DNA from: an uncultured Acidobacteriota bacterium
GTDB lineage: Bacteria; Acidobacteriota; UBA6911; RPQK01; JAPXNP01
NCBI GenBank assembly: GCA_963777605.1
Contig: CAVZRV010000010.1
Span: forward strand, 416,001-480,000
Length of the DNA: 64,000 bases
Reading direction: 5' to 3'
Below, piece after piece: positions 40,282 to 49,007 of the stretch (positions within the stretch are counted from its first letter, which is position 1; every line of letters starts with the position of its first letter). A program made the translations under genes and the position numbers. The notes below the pieces were generated by a model, which was not told where the DNA came from, ran no database searches, and saw nothing but the letters and a program-made list of their open reading frames with translations.

Positions 40282-42207
40282 TCAGTGAGTCGAAGAGTTT
40301 TTTCCATCGGCGCCGGGCTCGAAGCAGAGTACCCGGTCAACAGGGAGGTGTTCGTGAATCTCTCGACGCCCGTCAGGCCAACGGATCTCGAGTCGGTCGA
40401 TGGAATCGGCGGAACCCAGCCCAAAGTGGACGCGCGGATCCGACGTCGAGGCAAAGCTCCCGCCGCTGTATACATCCCTCCGCTGGGTCCGATCTCCGGC
40501 GCTCAGAAACAGGGTCGTCCCGATACCCGACGGGGGAACCTTTCCCTTCCCGGACAGCCTGACGGTGACCCAGTGGTTGGGGTCCTTGCTGACATTCCGC
40601 AGAACGCGAGGATGGTCGTCAAGACAGCTCATTACGATGTCAACCCCGCCGTCACCGTCGAGATCACCAAATGCGGCACCTCTGCCCACGACCAGCATCC
40701 CCAGGGCGCTGGCAGGAGCAGCCGGCGCCTCCTGGAATGTTCTCCCGTCCTGGTTGTGAAAGAGCAGCGGGCGCTGTCTCCAGGTTGTCCCCCAGCGGTG
40801 TTGATCCACGACGGGGTAAACATGGCCGTTGGCGAAGAAGATATCCTGAAGCCCGTCGTTGTCGTAATCGATGAAGCCCGTCCCCCAACTGACGAATGGG
40901 ATCGTTCCGCCGGCGATCCCAGCCTCGTATGAGACATCGATGAAAAAGGTGTCGCCCTGGTTCTGGTAGAGGGTGCAGTAGTCATCCGAGAAGTGAGCGA
41001 CAAGAAGATCCACCCGGCCGTCGAGATTGTAGTCTCCGACTCCCAGTCCCATCCCGGCCTGGGCTCGCCCGTCCTGGTTCAAGGCGAATCCGGACAGGTA
41101 GCTGACGTCCCTGAAAGTTCCGTCGTGGTTGTTGAGGTAGAGGTAGTTCGGAGTCGAATCATTGGCAACCACAAGGTCAACCCAGCCATCGTCGTCAACA
41201 TCGACGAAGACAGAAGAAAAGCCGTAGAAGCCCTGGCGATCGTCCACGCCGGCCTTCCGGCTCACCTCGGTGAAAGTCCCGTCGCCATTGTTGTGAAAGA
41301 GGAAATCCCCGGCTCCGGGAAGGCCCCGCGGACCACACATAACGTCCACGCCCCGGAAACGACAATAGTTAACAGGAATGTCAACACCCGGACGAGGCGG
41401 GTTCTCGGGGTCAAAACGCGCGTAGCCACAAACAAACAGGTCGAGAAGTCCATCGTGATCGTAATCGCCAAAAGTGGCTCCTGTCGTCATGTAGTCGGCC
41501 AGTTGGACTCCGGCCGTTGCCGCCACTTCGGTGAAGGTGCCGTCCCCGTTGTTGCAGTAAAGCCGATTGGGTCCGAAGTTCGAGACATACAGATCAACGT
41601 CCCCGTCCGCATCATAGTCCGCCGCCACCACGCCGAAGCCCCAGGAGAGATTCGGAACCCCGGCGGTCTCGGTGACGTCTTCAAAGGTCAGATCGCCCCG
41701 GTTTCGGTAAAGGCGGGAGGTTCCGAAATCTGCATTGCCGAAGAGCGCTTCCCATGGACCAGCATTGAGAACATATACATCCAGGAACCCGTCTCCGTCA
41801 TAATCGAGAAGACCAATCCCGCCACTCTTTGTCTCAATGAGGTAACGCTTCTCGGGGCTTCCCGCCTGATGCCTAAACTGATCGAGCCCGGTCCTTGCGG
41901 TGATGTCCTCGAAAACAACGGGTGCCCCCTCGACGAACCCTCCGGCGGTGATCGGGCGATCCAGATCATCGACAATCGCCGAATACTCGTGCCCTGAAGC
42001 AATGCCGCCGTCCTGCTGTGTCCCCGCCCCCATCGCCAGGACCGGCACCGGAGAAAGCGCACCTGAAGGCAGACCTGTGAACTGGAGGAACAGCCAGGCC
42101 GCCGGCAGCACCGAAATCAGGAGCAGGCGCAGACGTCCGAAAGACATCAACTGAGTTTGCGTGACCGTTCCCGGCGATGTCAAATCGGCAGTCCTCGTGC
42201 GAGGCAC
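40282..42207 (-). CDS. CRTAC1-family FG-GAP repeat/ASPIC-UnbV protein
   Basis: Repeated DxDxDGxxD motifs; GRGAAFGDLDGDG; RVHFGLG...IRWPDG. Confidence 0.92.
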   Translation of the reverse strand: MPRTRTADLTSPGTVTQTQLMSFGRLRLLLISVLPAAWLFLQFTGLPSGALSPVPVLAMGAGTQQDGGIASGHEYSAIVDDLDRPITAGGFVEGAPVVFEDITARTGLDQFRHQAGSPEKRYLIETKSGGIGLLDYDGDGFLDVYVLNAGPWEALFGNADFGTSRLYRNRGDLTFEDVTETAGVPNLSWGFGVVAADYDADGDVDLYVSNFGPNRLYCNNGDGTFTEVAATAGVQLADYMTTGATFGDYDHDGLLDLFVCGYARFDPENPPRPGVDIPVNYCRFRGVDVMCGPRGLPGAGDFLFHNNGDGTFTEVSRKAGVDDRQGFYGFSSVFVDVDDDGWVDLVVANDSTPNYLYLNNHDGTFRDVSYLSGFALNQDGRAQAGMGLGVGDYNLDGRVDLLVAHFSDDYCTLYQNQGDTFFIDVSYEAGIAGGTIPFVSWGTGFIDYDNDGLQDIFFANGHVYPVVDQHRWGTTWRQRPLLFHNQDGRTFQEAPAAPASALGMLVVGRGAAFGDLDGDGGVDIVMSCLDDHPRVLRNVSKDPNHWVTVRLSGKGKVPPSGIGTTLFLSAGDRTQRRDVYSGGSFASTSDPRVHFGLGSADSIDRLEIRWPDGRREIHEHLPVDRVLCFEPGADGKNSSTH

Positions 42208-42493
42208 CGGAGATTTCCGGGCCTGACAACGATCCTCGAGGACTCATGCAGACTTCTCTAATGCAAACGGATGCGAGCGCCGATCGATTCAGTGTGAGCC
42301 GGTTAGAACGAGGCTAGCAGGCGCGGCGTCTGCAAACTCGGGAATGATGTCAAAGGTGATCCGATGAATTGTGGCTTCTGCAACATAAAACTTACCGACA
42401 CAGAACCGATCTACTCAGTCGGGAACGCAAAATCGGCGTGTGAGTTGCTGTGTTTGGTGTTACCACTTTCTATCCACGGAACGGGGTGCAGCC

Positions 42494-42598
42494 ATGCCTG
42501 ACGAATACGACGATCTCGAGCCGGTCAGCCTTGCTACGGCAACCAAGATCACCAAGCAAGACCGGGAGTTCCTGAAACAACTGCGCATTCGCTGGTAA
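42494..42598 (+). CDS. Small protein (34 aa), not in the ORF track
   Basis: MPDEYDDLEPVSLATATKITKQDREFLKQLRIRW*; GGGGTG RBS-like element, GC3-rich codons, hairpin CCGTCCC-GTT-GGGATGG right after the stop. Confidence 0.6.
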   Translation: MPDEYDDLEPVSLATATKITKQDREFLKQLRIRW

Positions 42599-42762
42599 CC
42601 GTCCCGTTGGGATGGGAACCTCCCGGAACCAGGGGATCAGCGGATGGCTCCATCCATCAGCGAAACCACCTGTACGGCGGGCCGGTGCACGACGATGACA
42701 CCCTGGCCGCCCTTTCAGCGCTGAGAGCCGGCCACGACCCGGCGACTGAATACGGCCCCGAT

Positions 42763-43206
42763 TCAGTCCTCTTCGAGTTGGCGAGAGAGGCGGCTGAGCA
42801 TCTCGTTTCCTCGAAAGTGCTCCAATCCGTTCTTCAGGGTGCGTCGGGCCCGGGCTCGTTCGCCGGTCTCCAGAAGCGCCCGGGCCGCCCAGTAGTAGGA
42901 CTCGGGGAACGGAGCCCCTCTCTCGATCGCGTTCGTCAGAAAAGTGATAGCTCCCGACATCCTTCCCTGAAAGAACTCGCACATCCCGACCATGTAGAGA
43001 AGGAGCGGATGATCCGGCCTGCCTTCAAGTATCGTTCGAAACCCGGTCTCCGCTCTTTCGAAATCTCCCTCAGTGGCCAGCACTACCGCCTGTTCGAAAC
43101 GCGAATCCTCCCTCACCGCCTGGAGACCGCCATCGGGCTGGGTCGATCCAAGCGCGGTCGAAAGCAACACGATCGGGCTAAGAAAAGCGATCCACGACCT
43201 CGACAT
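42763..43206 (-). CDS. Secreted TPR protein
   Basis: Signal peptide followed by about three TPR motifs. Confidence 0.75.
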   Translation of the reverse strand: MSRSWIAFLSPIVLLSTALGSTQPDGGLQAVREDSRFEQAVVLATEGDFERAETGFRTILEGRPDHPLLLYMVGMCEFFQGRMSGAITFLTNAIERGAPFPESYYWAARALLETGERARARRTLKNGLEHFRGNEMLSRLSRQLEED

Positions 43207-44179
43207 TACGCATCACTCCATCTCCCGGGTCGAGCCGGTAAATCCTTCCCGCCTCGGAGTAGATCCTCTTGAGATACCCAAGAGAGATCACCCGGCCGAA
43301 TCTCGGGGAAAACCCCGCGCTGGTAATCCAGCCAATCTCCTTGCCGTCGGAGTTGAACACAGGAGTCTCCGGTTCGGGAACGGCGCTTCCCTCCAGCTGA
43401 AGCTTTGAGAGCAGGCGAGCCACACCGCCAATATGAGTTGCACGGGCGACCAGTTCCTGTCCCGGGTAACAGCCCTTGGTGAGACTGTAAGCCGACTCCA
43501 GCCGTGCCTCCAACGGGTTGTTACGCTGGTTGAAGTCTCTTCCGAAAAGAGGGACCCCCGCTTCGAGCCGAAGCAGATCGAATACTGCGGGGCTCAACTC
43601 GCACAGGCCGGCCGAAGCCCCGGCATCGACAACCGACGAAAGCCATTCATCCAACTTCGCCGTGGAAAGCAAAACCTCGTACCCGGGTACGCCGAGAGCG
43701 TCTTTGCGAACCACCAGAACCGGGGTCGATTTCCACTCGACCGTCAACAGGCTCAGAGGTTCCTCGGGAAGAGGCCGACCGAGCAAGCTTTCCAGCAGAG
43801 CGCCTGCCTCGGGACCATCCAACCCGACCTGCGACATGCCGGCGGATCGATCCTCGACCTCGACTTCGTCCATGATGATATGCGATTCGAGGGCAGCCTT
43901 GAGGTCTTCCATCACCTCCAGTTCCACATCAATCAACACTTCCCCGGGGAGTCGATAGTAGTAGAAATCGGCCACGATCTTCCCGGTGGCCGTCAAAAGG
44001 GTCCCGTATCGACCGGTTTGGTCCGCCAGGGACTGAACCTCGTTGCTCAGCATGGCGTGGAGGAAGGAGACGCTGTCCGGCCCCGTGACCGCCAATTGCC
44101 TCCTGGAGTCGAGCAACCGCCAGACCGCTCCCTCCCGTACTGCTCGATATTCCTTTTCGCGGAGTGGATCCATCGGCAT
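43178..44179 (-). CDS. ygfZ: Folate-binding YgfZ/GcvT-family protein
   Basis: KGCYPGQE signature; VTGPDSVSFLH. Confidence 0.9.
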   Translation of the reverse strand: MPMDPLREKEYRAVREGAVWRLLDSRRQLAVTGPDSVSFLHAMLSNEVQSLADQTGRYGTLLTATGKIVADFYYYRLPGEVLIDVELEVMEDLKAALESHIIMDEVEVEDRSAGMSQVGLDGPEAGALLESLLGRPLPEEPLSLLTVEWKSTPVLVVRKDALGVPGYEVLLSTAKLDEWLSSVVDAGASAGLCELSPAVFDLLRLEAGVPLFGRDFNQRNNPLEARLESAYSLTKGCYPGQELVARATHIGGVARLLSKLQLEGSAVPEPETPVFNSDGKEIGWITSAGFSPRFGRVISLGYLKRIYSEAGRIYRLDPGDGVMRNVEVVDRFS

Positions 44180-44892
44180 CAGGTCAGCGTTTCACCCGGT
44201 TTCATGGCGAGGACCTCGGTGCCCAGGTCGGCGGTCAGCCGCTTCAGTTCCTCGGGAGTGCCGGTCAGCGGAGGGAAAGTGCCGTAATGCATGGGCACGA
44301 CCTGCCGCGCATTCATCAGCCGGCATGCGTAGGCGGCCTCTCGAGGATCCATGGTGTAGAGATCTCCGATGGGGAGGAACAGCAGGTCGGGTTGATACAG
44401 CTCGGCGACGATCTTCATGTCCCCGAATACGCACGTATCGCCGGCATGGTAGATCTTGAAACCGTTCTCGAACTCGACCACGAAGCCGGCCGGCTCTCCA
44501 GCATAAATGATCTTCCCGTCTTCTTCGATCACGGCGCTGCTATGGTGCGCGTTCACCATGGTGGCTTTGATGTCGTTCAGGAGCACCGAGCCCCCCTTGT
44601 TCATTCCCACGACGTCCTCGACGCCCTTGCCGCCGAGATAGAGGGCGATCTCGTAGATGCAGGCAACCTTGGGTTTGAATGTCTTCGCGATACTCACGGC
44701 ATCCCCCATGTGGTCACCATGACCGTGAGTGATCAACATTGTGTCAACACCGGGAAGGTTCTTGTCCGCTTCCGGGCAGGCCGGGTTACCCTGGACCCAC
44801 GGATCGATGAGAAGCTTCTTTCCTGCAGGCGTCGTAAAGAGGAAGGTGGAATGACCCAGATATTTGATGGAAACACCACGGTTGAGTGCCAT
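44179..44892 (-). CDS. UPF0173 metal-dependent hydrolase (MBL fold)
   Basis: YLGHST, ITHGHGDH, AHHSS, YHAGDT and PMHYGTFP. Confidence 0.92.
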   Translation of the reverse strand: MALNRGVSIKYLGHSTFLFTTPAGKKLLIDPWVQGNPACPEADKNLPGVDTMLITHGHGDHMGDAVSIAKTFKPKVACIYEIALYLGGKGVEDVVGMNKGGSVLLNDIKATMVNAHHSSAVIEEDGKIIYAGEPAGFVVEFENGFKIYHAGDTCVFGDMKIVAELYQPDLLFLPIGDLYTMDPREAAYACRLMNARQVVPMHYGTFPPLTGTPEELKRLTADLGTEVLAMKPGETLT

Positions 44893-45018
44893 GTGCCGCT
44901 CCTTTCTTTTTGAAGTACTTCAGGCTATGGTATCAGCTTTCGATAACGGTTCGAGGCTCCCAATCGGTGTGGGCAAGGAGTGGGGCCGCGAATTGAGATT
45001 AGGGGTCATGTGATTGTC

Positions 45019-45384
45019 ATGGACAAGATTCAAGTTGTGGGGATCCGCTGCCCGGCGCGCATCGGGGTCCCCGATAACGAACGCCAGTTTCCCCAGGAAC
45101 TCCTCGTTGACGTCGATTGCGAATTTGAATTCTCGCCGGCTACCAGAACCGACGATTTTCGTCGGACAATCGACTACGAGACGATCGTGAAGGTCGTCCG
45201 GGCGACCGCCGCTCGCCACAGTTGGTCTCTCCTCGAGACGCTCACCAACGCACTGTGTGATTCCGTCCTGGAGCTTCCAGAGGTTCGCTGCGCCGAAATT
45301 CGGGTTAAGAAGTTTCCGGTCAACCTGCGCGAGAAGATCGACTACGTCGTCGCCACGGTCCGTCGGAAGAATCCGCGCAGATAG
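45019..45384 (+). CDS. folB: Dihydroneopterin aldolase
   Basis: IGV-x2-ER-x2-PQ, TIDY, LLETL and conserved Lys. Confidence 0.9.
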   Translation: MDKIQVVGIRCPARIGVPDNERQFPQELLVDVDCEFEFSPATRTDDFRRTIDYETIVKVVRATAARHSWSLLETLTNALCDSVLELPEVRCAEIRVKKFPVNLREKIDYVVATVRRKNPRR

Positions 45385-45457
45385 AACGCCCCCGATCAGT
45401 CCCGAGTTCAGGTTTCGCGGGGACTCCGGCTGCGATTCTGTGCGGAGGTGCTCTCGA

Positions 45458-45808
45458 TTAATCAACCGAAAGCGCACCGTTCAGGATCTCCACCAGTTCG
45501 GCGGTAAACCGCGAGCGGGGCAAGACCTCATCGGCACCTGCCGCACGGGCCTGGCGGAAGCGTTCTTTCTGGACGTGGGGGCCGAAAGCCAGGATCTTCA
45601 GGTTGGGCAGAGCGTTACGGGCCGCTTGAATCGCCTCGACCGGTTCCGGACTGTCGGCATTCAGGTCAACGATCATCAGGTCGACCGAATCTGCCCTGGA
45701 CAGGACGTCACTCACGGACGATGCAAATTGGACCTGTCGTCCTGAAGCGGCCGCCGTCGTGCGGATCCGAACCTGGAAGAAGAGATCAGGCACCAGTGCA
45801 ACAATCAT
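45458..45808 (-). CDS. Single-domain atypical response-regulator receiver
   Basis: VPDLFF, MIVDLN, AFGPHV and AGADEVLPRS. Confidence 0.75.
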   Translation of the reverse strand: MIVALVPDLFFQVRIRTTAAASGRQVQFASSVSDVLSRADSVDLMIVDLNADSPEPVEAIQAARNALPNLKILAFGPHVQKERFRQARAAGADEVLPRSRFTAELVEILNGALSVD

Positions 45809-45846
45809 GCTCTAAGTTCCCTGGATGATCCGCCCCAGATGGGACA

Positions 45847-46173
45847 CTAGACGGTAAATGAAATGCCGCAACTGCAGGTCTTCCTGGCGTTGGGGTTCTT
45901 AAAGGAAAAGCCCTGCTGCATGAAGTTTCCTTCCCAGTCCAGGGTGGTTCCTTTTAAGTAAAGGAGGCTCTTGAAATCGACGAAGACTCGAGCCCCACTG
46001 ACTTCAAAGACTTTGTCACCGGGACGATGGGCCGGTTCGAATCGAATCACGTAGTTCAAACCGGAGCACCCGCCACCTTTCACCCCCAGGCGCAGCCCGC
46101 CCTCGGGGATGCCTTCCTTGTCCAAAGCTTCCCGTATCCGCCCAGCAGCAGCCTCTGTAATCTGAATTGCCAT
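45847..46173 (-). CDS. iscA: IscA/HesB Fe-S cluster assembly accessory protein
   Basis: GGGCSG and CSCGISF. Confidence 0.93.
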   Translation of the reverse strand: MAIQITEAAAGRIREALDKEGIPEGGLRLGVKGGGCSGLNYVIRFEPAHRPGDKVFEVSGARVFVDFKSLLYLKGTTLDWEGNFMQQGFSFKNPNARKTCSCGISFTV

Positions 46174-46280
46174 GAATCGTTTACCTTGTACCCTATTATA
46201 CCGACTCTGCAGTTCAGGTCCGAAATCTCCACCTTTCCAGCCGGTCTCCGGTTCACCTGCCTCAGCGAGTCCGCTAGAGT

Positions 46281-46877
46281 ATGCTCATGCAGAAGGTCGC
46301 TGCACTCGTTCTCGGAGCCGGATTCTCTTCCCGGATGGGATCCCCCAAGGCGCTTCTCAAGCTGGGGGAGTCTACCTTCCTGGGACGACTGATTGAGCTT
46401 TACGATCGGCTGGAGGTTCCGTTCCGGGTGATCCTCGGTGCCGACTGGGAAATCATTTCGAAGGCGCAGGGCCTCTCGCGAGATCTTTTTCTGGTCAACC
46501 CGGAACCGGAGCGCGGCCCCCTATCCAGCATTCAGCTCGGCCTCGAGTACCTGAAGCCCTCGACTACAGCAGTGATCCCGCACCCAGTTGACCACCCGCT
46601 CGTCACCGAGGCTACCGTACGCACAATCCTTGCGAAGCACGCGACCAGCCCGGAGCAAATCCTGGTTCCGCACTACCAAGGGACGCCGGGCCATCCCACG
46701 CTCTTCCCGGCAACGCTCTTTCCCGACCTGTGGGACGCGCCTCTCGACCAGGGTGCCCGTTGGGTTGTCAGCAGGAGGAGAAATCTGATTCTGCCGCTGC
46801 CGGTTGATGACCCAGGGGTCACCATCAACATCGATACCCCTGAAGACTACCTGCGCTGGAGTGAAGGGCAATGCTAG
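46281..46877 (+). CDS. MocA/MobA-like nucleotidyltransferase
   Basis: LGAGFSSRMGSPKALL, PVDHP, GHP and NIDTPEDY. Confidence 0.9.
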   Translation: MLMQKVAALVLGAGFSSRMGSPKALLKLGESTFLGRLIELYDRLEVPFRVILGADWEIISKAQGLSRDLFLVNPEPERGPLSSIQLGLEYLKPSTTAVIPHPVDHPLVTEATVRTILAKHATSPEQILVPHYQGTPGHPTLFPATLFPDLWDAPLDQGARWVVSRRRNLILPLPVDDPGVTINIDTPEDYLRWSEGQC

Positions 46878-46928
46878 AATTCGAGAGTCTGATTTGAACT
46901 CCGAACCTGTACTTCGGACGAGAGCCTT

Positions 46929-47342
46929 ATGAAAATTACAGCCCGCGCAGAATACGCCAGTCTGGCTATTCTCGAACTCGCCCTCAGTTACAATTCAGGT
47001 CATATCCAGGCCAAGGAGATCGCAGAGCGGAAGCAGATACCCCCGAAGTTTCTGGAGCAGATACTGATTCAGTTGCGCAACGCAGGCCTTATTCAGAGTC
47101 TCCGGGGTGCTTCTGGAGGCTACCTGCTGGCTCGTTCCCCGGAGCAGATCACGCTTCGAGAGGTCGTCGAAGCCGTCGAGGGCGAATTGAATATCGTCGA
47201 TGCCAAGCTCGAAGACAAAACCCTTGTGAAGGTATGGGGAGAAATCCAGGAGAACTTCCTCAGGAGCCTGGAGACGATCACGATCCAGAAACTGGTCACG
47301 CGCAAGCTGAAGGACCGCGGAGTCGTCGATTTTCAGATCTGA
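46929..47342 (+). CDS. Rrf2-family transcriptional regulator (Cys-free, CymR-like)
   Basis: FLEQIL-x2-LRNAGL-x-SLRGASGGY; no cysteines. Confidence 0.9.
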   Translation: MKITARAEYASLAILELALSYNSGHIQAKEIAERKQIPPKFLEQILIQLRNAGLIQSLRGASGGYLLARSPEQITLREVVEAVEGELNIVDAKLEDKTLVKVWGEIQENFLRSLETITIQKLVTRKLKDRGVVDFQI

Positions 47343-47364
47343 GCCCTTCCGAGACCCCCGGATC

Positions 47365-48195
47365 TCAGATGAAATCCACCTCGACCCGCCGGGGCAGGAG
47401 GCCCGCCTCGACCCCCCGGTCGAGAAACAGCTGAACGGCTTCCCTGCCATCAGGCCCATAGTCGAGGGTGCGTCCGTTCACGTACATCGAAACGAAGCGG
47501 TCGCCCTTCACCTCGTCCAGGCCACGGCCAAACTCGAGAGCGTAGTTCAGCGCATCTTCCCGGTGCTCGAGGCCATACCGGATGCTCTGCTCGACGAGTG
47601 AAGTCACCTCCCGGAGGGCATCCTCACCCAGGTCCCGCCGAATTGCGTTTCCACCCAGGGGCAGCGGCAGCCCGGTGGTTTCCAGCCACCACTCACCCAG
47701 ATCGACAACCTTCTGCAGTCCCTCGTCCGAATAGGAGAGCTGGCCCTCGTGAATGAGTAACCCCGCATCAACCTGGCCCTCGACGACCGCCGCATCGATC
47801 CGGTCGAAGGACATAACAACGGGAACAAAATCGGGCTCGAGCAGTTTCATCGCAAGAAAAGCCGAGGTCTTGAGTCCGGGGATGGCGATTCTCCGGCCCC
47901 GCAGATCCCCGATCGTCATCCCTCTCCTGGCCACGAGAATCGGGCCGTAGCCCTCGCCCATACTGGCCCCGCAGTTCGTCAAGGCATAAGCTTCTGAGAG
48001 ATAGGCGTACGCATGAATGCTCAGTGCAGTCACCTCGTAACGCCCCTCCTCGGCCGCCTTGTTCAGGGTTTCGATATCATCGAGCTGGTGGACGAAGTCG
48101 TAGTCACCGGTATTGATTCGGCCCGTCGCCAGGGCAAAAAACATGAAGGCGTCGTCACTGTCGGGGCTGTGGGCGAGTTGGATTGTCTTTTTCAT
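47365..48195 (-). CDS. mqnD: 1,4-dihydroxy-6-naphthoate synthase (futalosine pathway)
   Basis: AHSPDSDDAFMF, DIETLN, GYGP, LIHEG and PLPLG. Confidence 0.88.
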   Translation of the reverse strand: MKKTIQLAHSPDSDDAFMFFALATGRINTGDYDFVHQLDDIETLNKAAEEGRYEVTALSIHAYAYLSEAYALTNCGASMGEGYGPILVARRGMTIGDLRGRRIAIPGLKTSAFLAMKLLEPDFVPVVMSFDRIDAAVVEGQVDAGLLIHEGQLSYSDEGLQKVVDLGEWWLETTGLPLPLGGNAIRRDLGEDALREVTSLVEQSIRYGLEHREDALNYALEFGRGLDEVKGDRFVSMYVNGRTLDYGPDGREAVQLFLDRGVEAGLLPRRVEVDFI

Positions 48196-48230
48196 GATCG
48201 CGGAATTGTGCCAAATTAAAGCGAACCCGG

Positions 48231-48875
48231 CTAAAGTTCACCGTTCAGAAACGGGTTCGTCAGGCGCTCCCGTCCTATTGTTGTCGCGGGACCATGCCCT
48301 GGATGGAGGACTTTATCCTCTCCAAGGGGAAGCACTTTCTCACGGATCGTCTTCAGGAGCAACTGGGGAGCTCCGCCGGGAAGATCAGTCCGGCCTACCG
48401 ACCCCGCAAAAATGAGGTCTCCGCAGAACAGGTGCTGCCCCACATCAAAGGTGACGCTCCCTGGTGAGTGACCGGGAGTGTGATGTACCAGCACTTCGAG
48501 CTGTCCAACCTTGAGCACCTGTCCTTCCTCGAGATAACGGTCAACCCGGGGTGCCGCCTCATAGCTGAATCCAAACCATTCTCCCTGTTTCTTCAGAGCC
48601 GAATAGAGAGGTTCATCCTCAGGATGCAGGAAAATGGGAGCATCCCACGTTTCCTTCACCCGGCCGATACCGCAGATATGATCCATGTGGCCGTGAGTGA
48701 TCAGGATCTGTTCGAGCGTAAGGCTCCTTTCCGCGATCAGGGCAAGCATTTCCTCGACTTCGTCACCGGGATCGATATAGGCAGCGGCACTCGTGATCGG
48801 GCAAGTCAGCAGGTAGCCGTTCTTCATCATGGGCGCAACGGCACGCTGTTCGATGACCGGAGCAGGAGGATTCAT
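48231..48875 (-). CDS. MBL-fold hydrolase (YcbL/glyoxalase II-like)
   Basis: THGHMDH, TPGHSPG, GRTDLPGG and PGHG. Confidence 0.92.
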   Translation of the reverse strand: MNPPAPVIEQRAVAPMMKNGYLLTCPITSAAAYIDPGDEVEEMLALIAERSLTLEQILITHGHMDHICGIGRVKETWDAPIFLHPEDEPLYSALKKQGEWFGFSYEAAPRVDRYLEEGQVLKVGQLEVLVHHTPGHSPGSVTFDVGQHLFCGDLIFAGSVGRTDLPGGAPQLLLKTIREKVLPLGEDKVLHPGHGPATTIGRERLTNPFLNGEL

Positions 48876-49007
48876 TCCGACAATTCTTCCAATTGAGATG
48901 GTTCGAGTTCAAGTCAGGCCCCTTCCGACCGGTTTTCCCTTGGCCGGGAGAGCCGGGCTGTGCTAACACTGCAGGATGATATTCGAACGAGACAGGGAGC
49001 AAACCAC

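Noticed and set aside
42320-42440. GCAAAC...GGAACGCAAAA resembling a c-di-GMP-I riboswitch
   Set aside because: The spacing is far too long and the GNRA-capped P2 stem is absent.
48899-48932. GGTTCGAGTTCAAGTC T-loop-like sequence
   Set aside because: No cloverleaf, D-arm or acceptor stem can be formed; not a tRNA.
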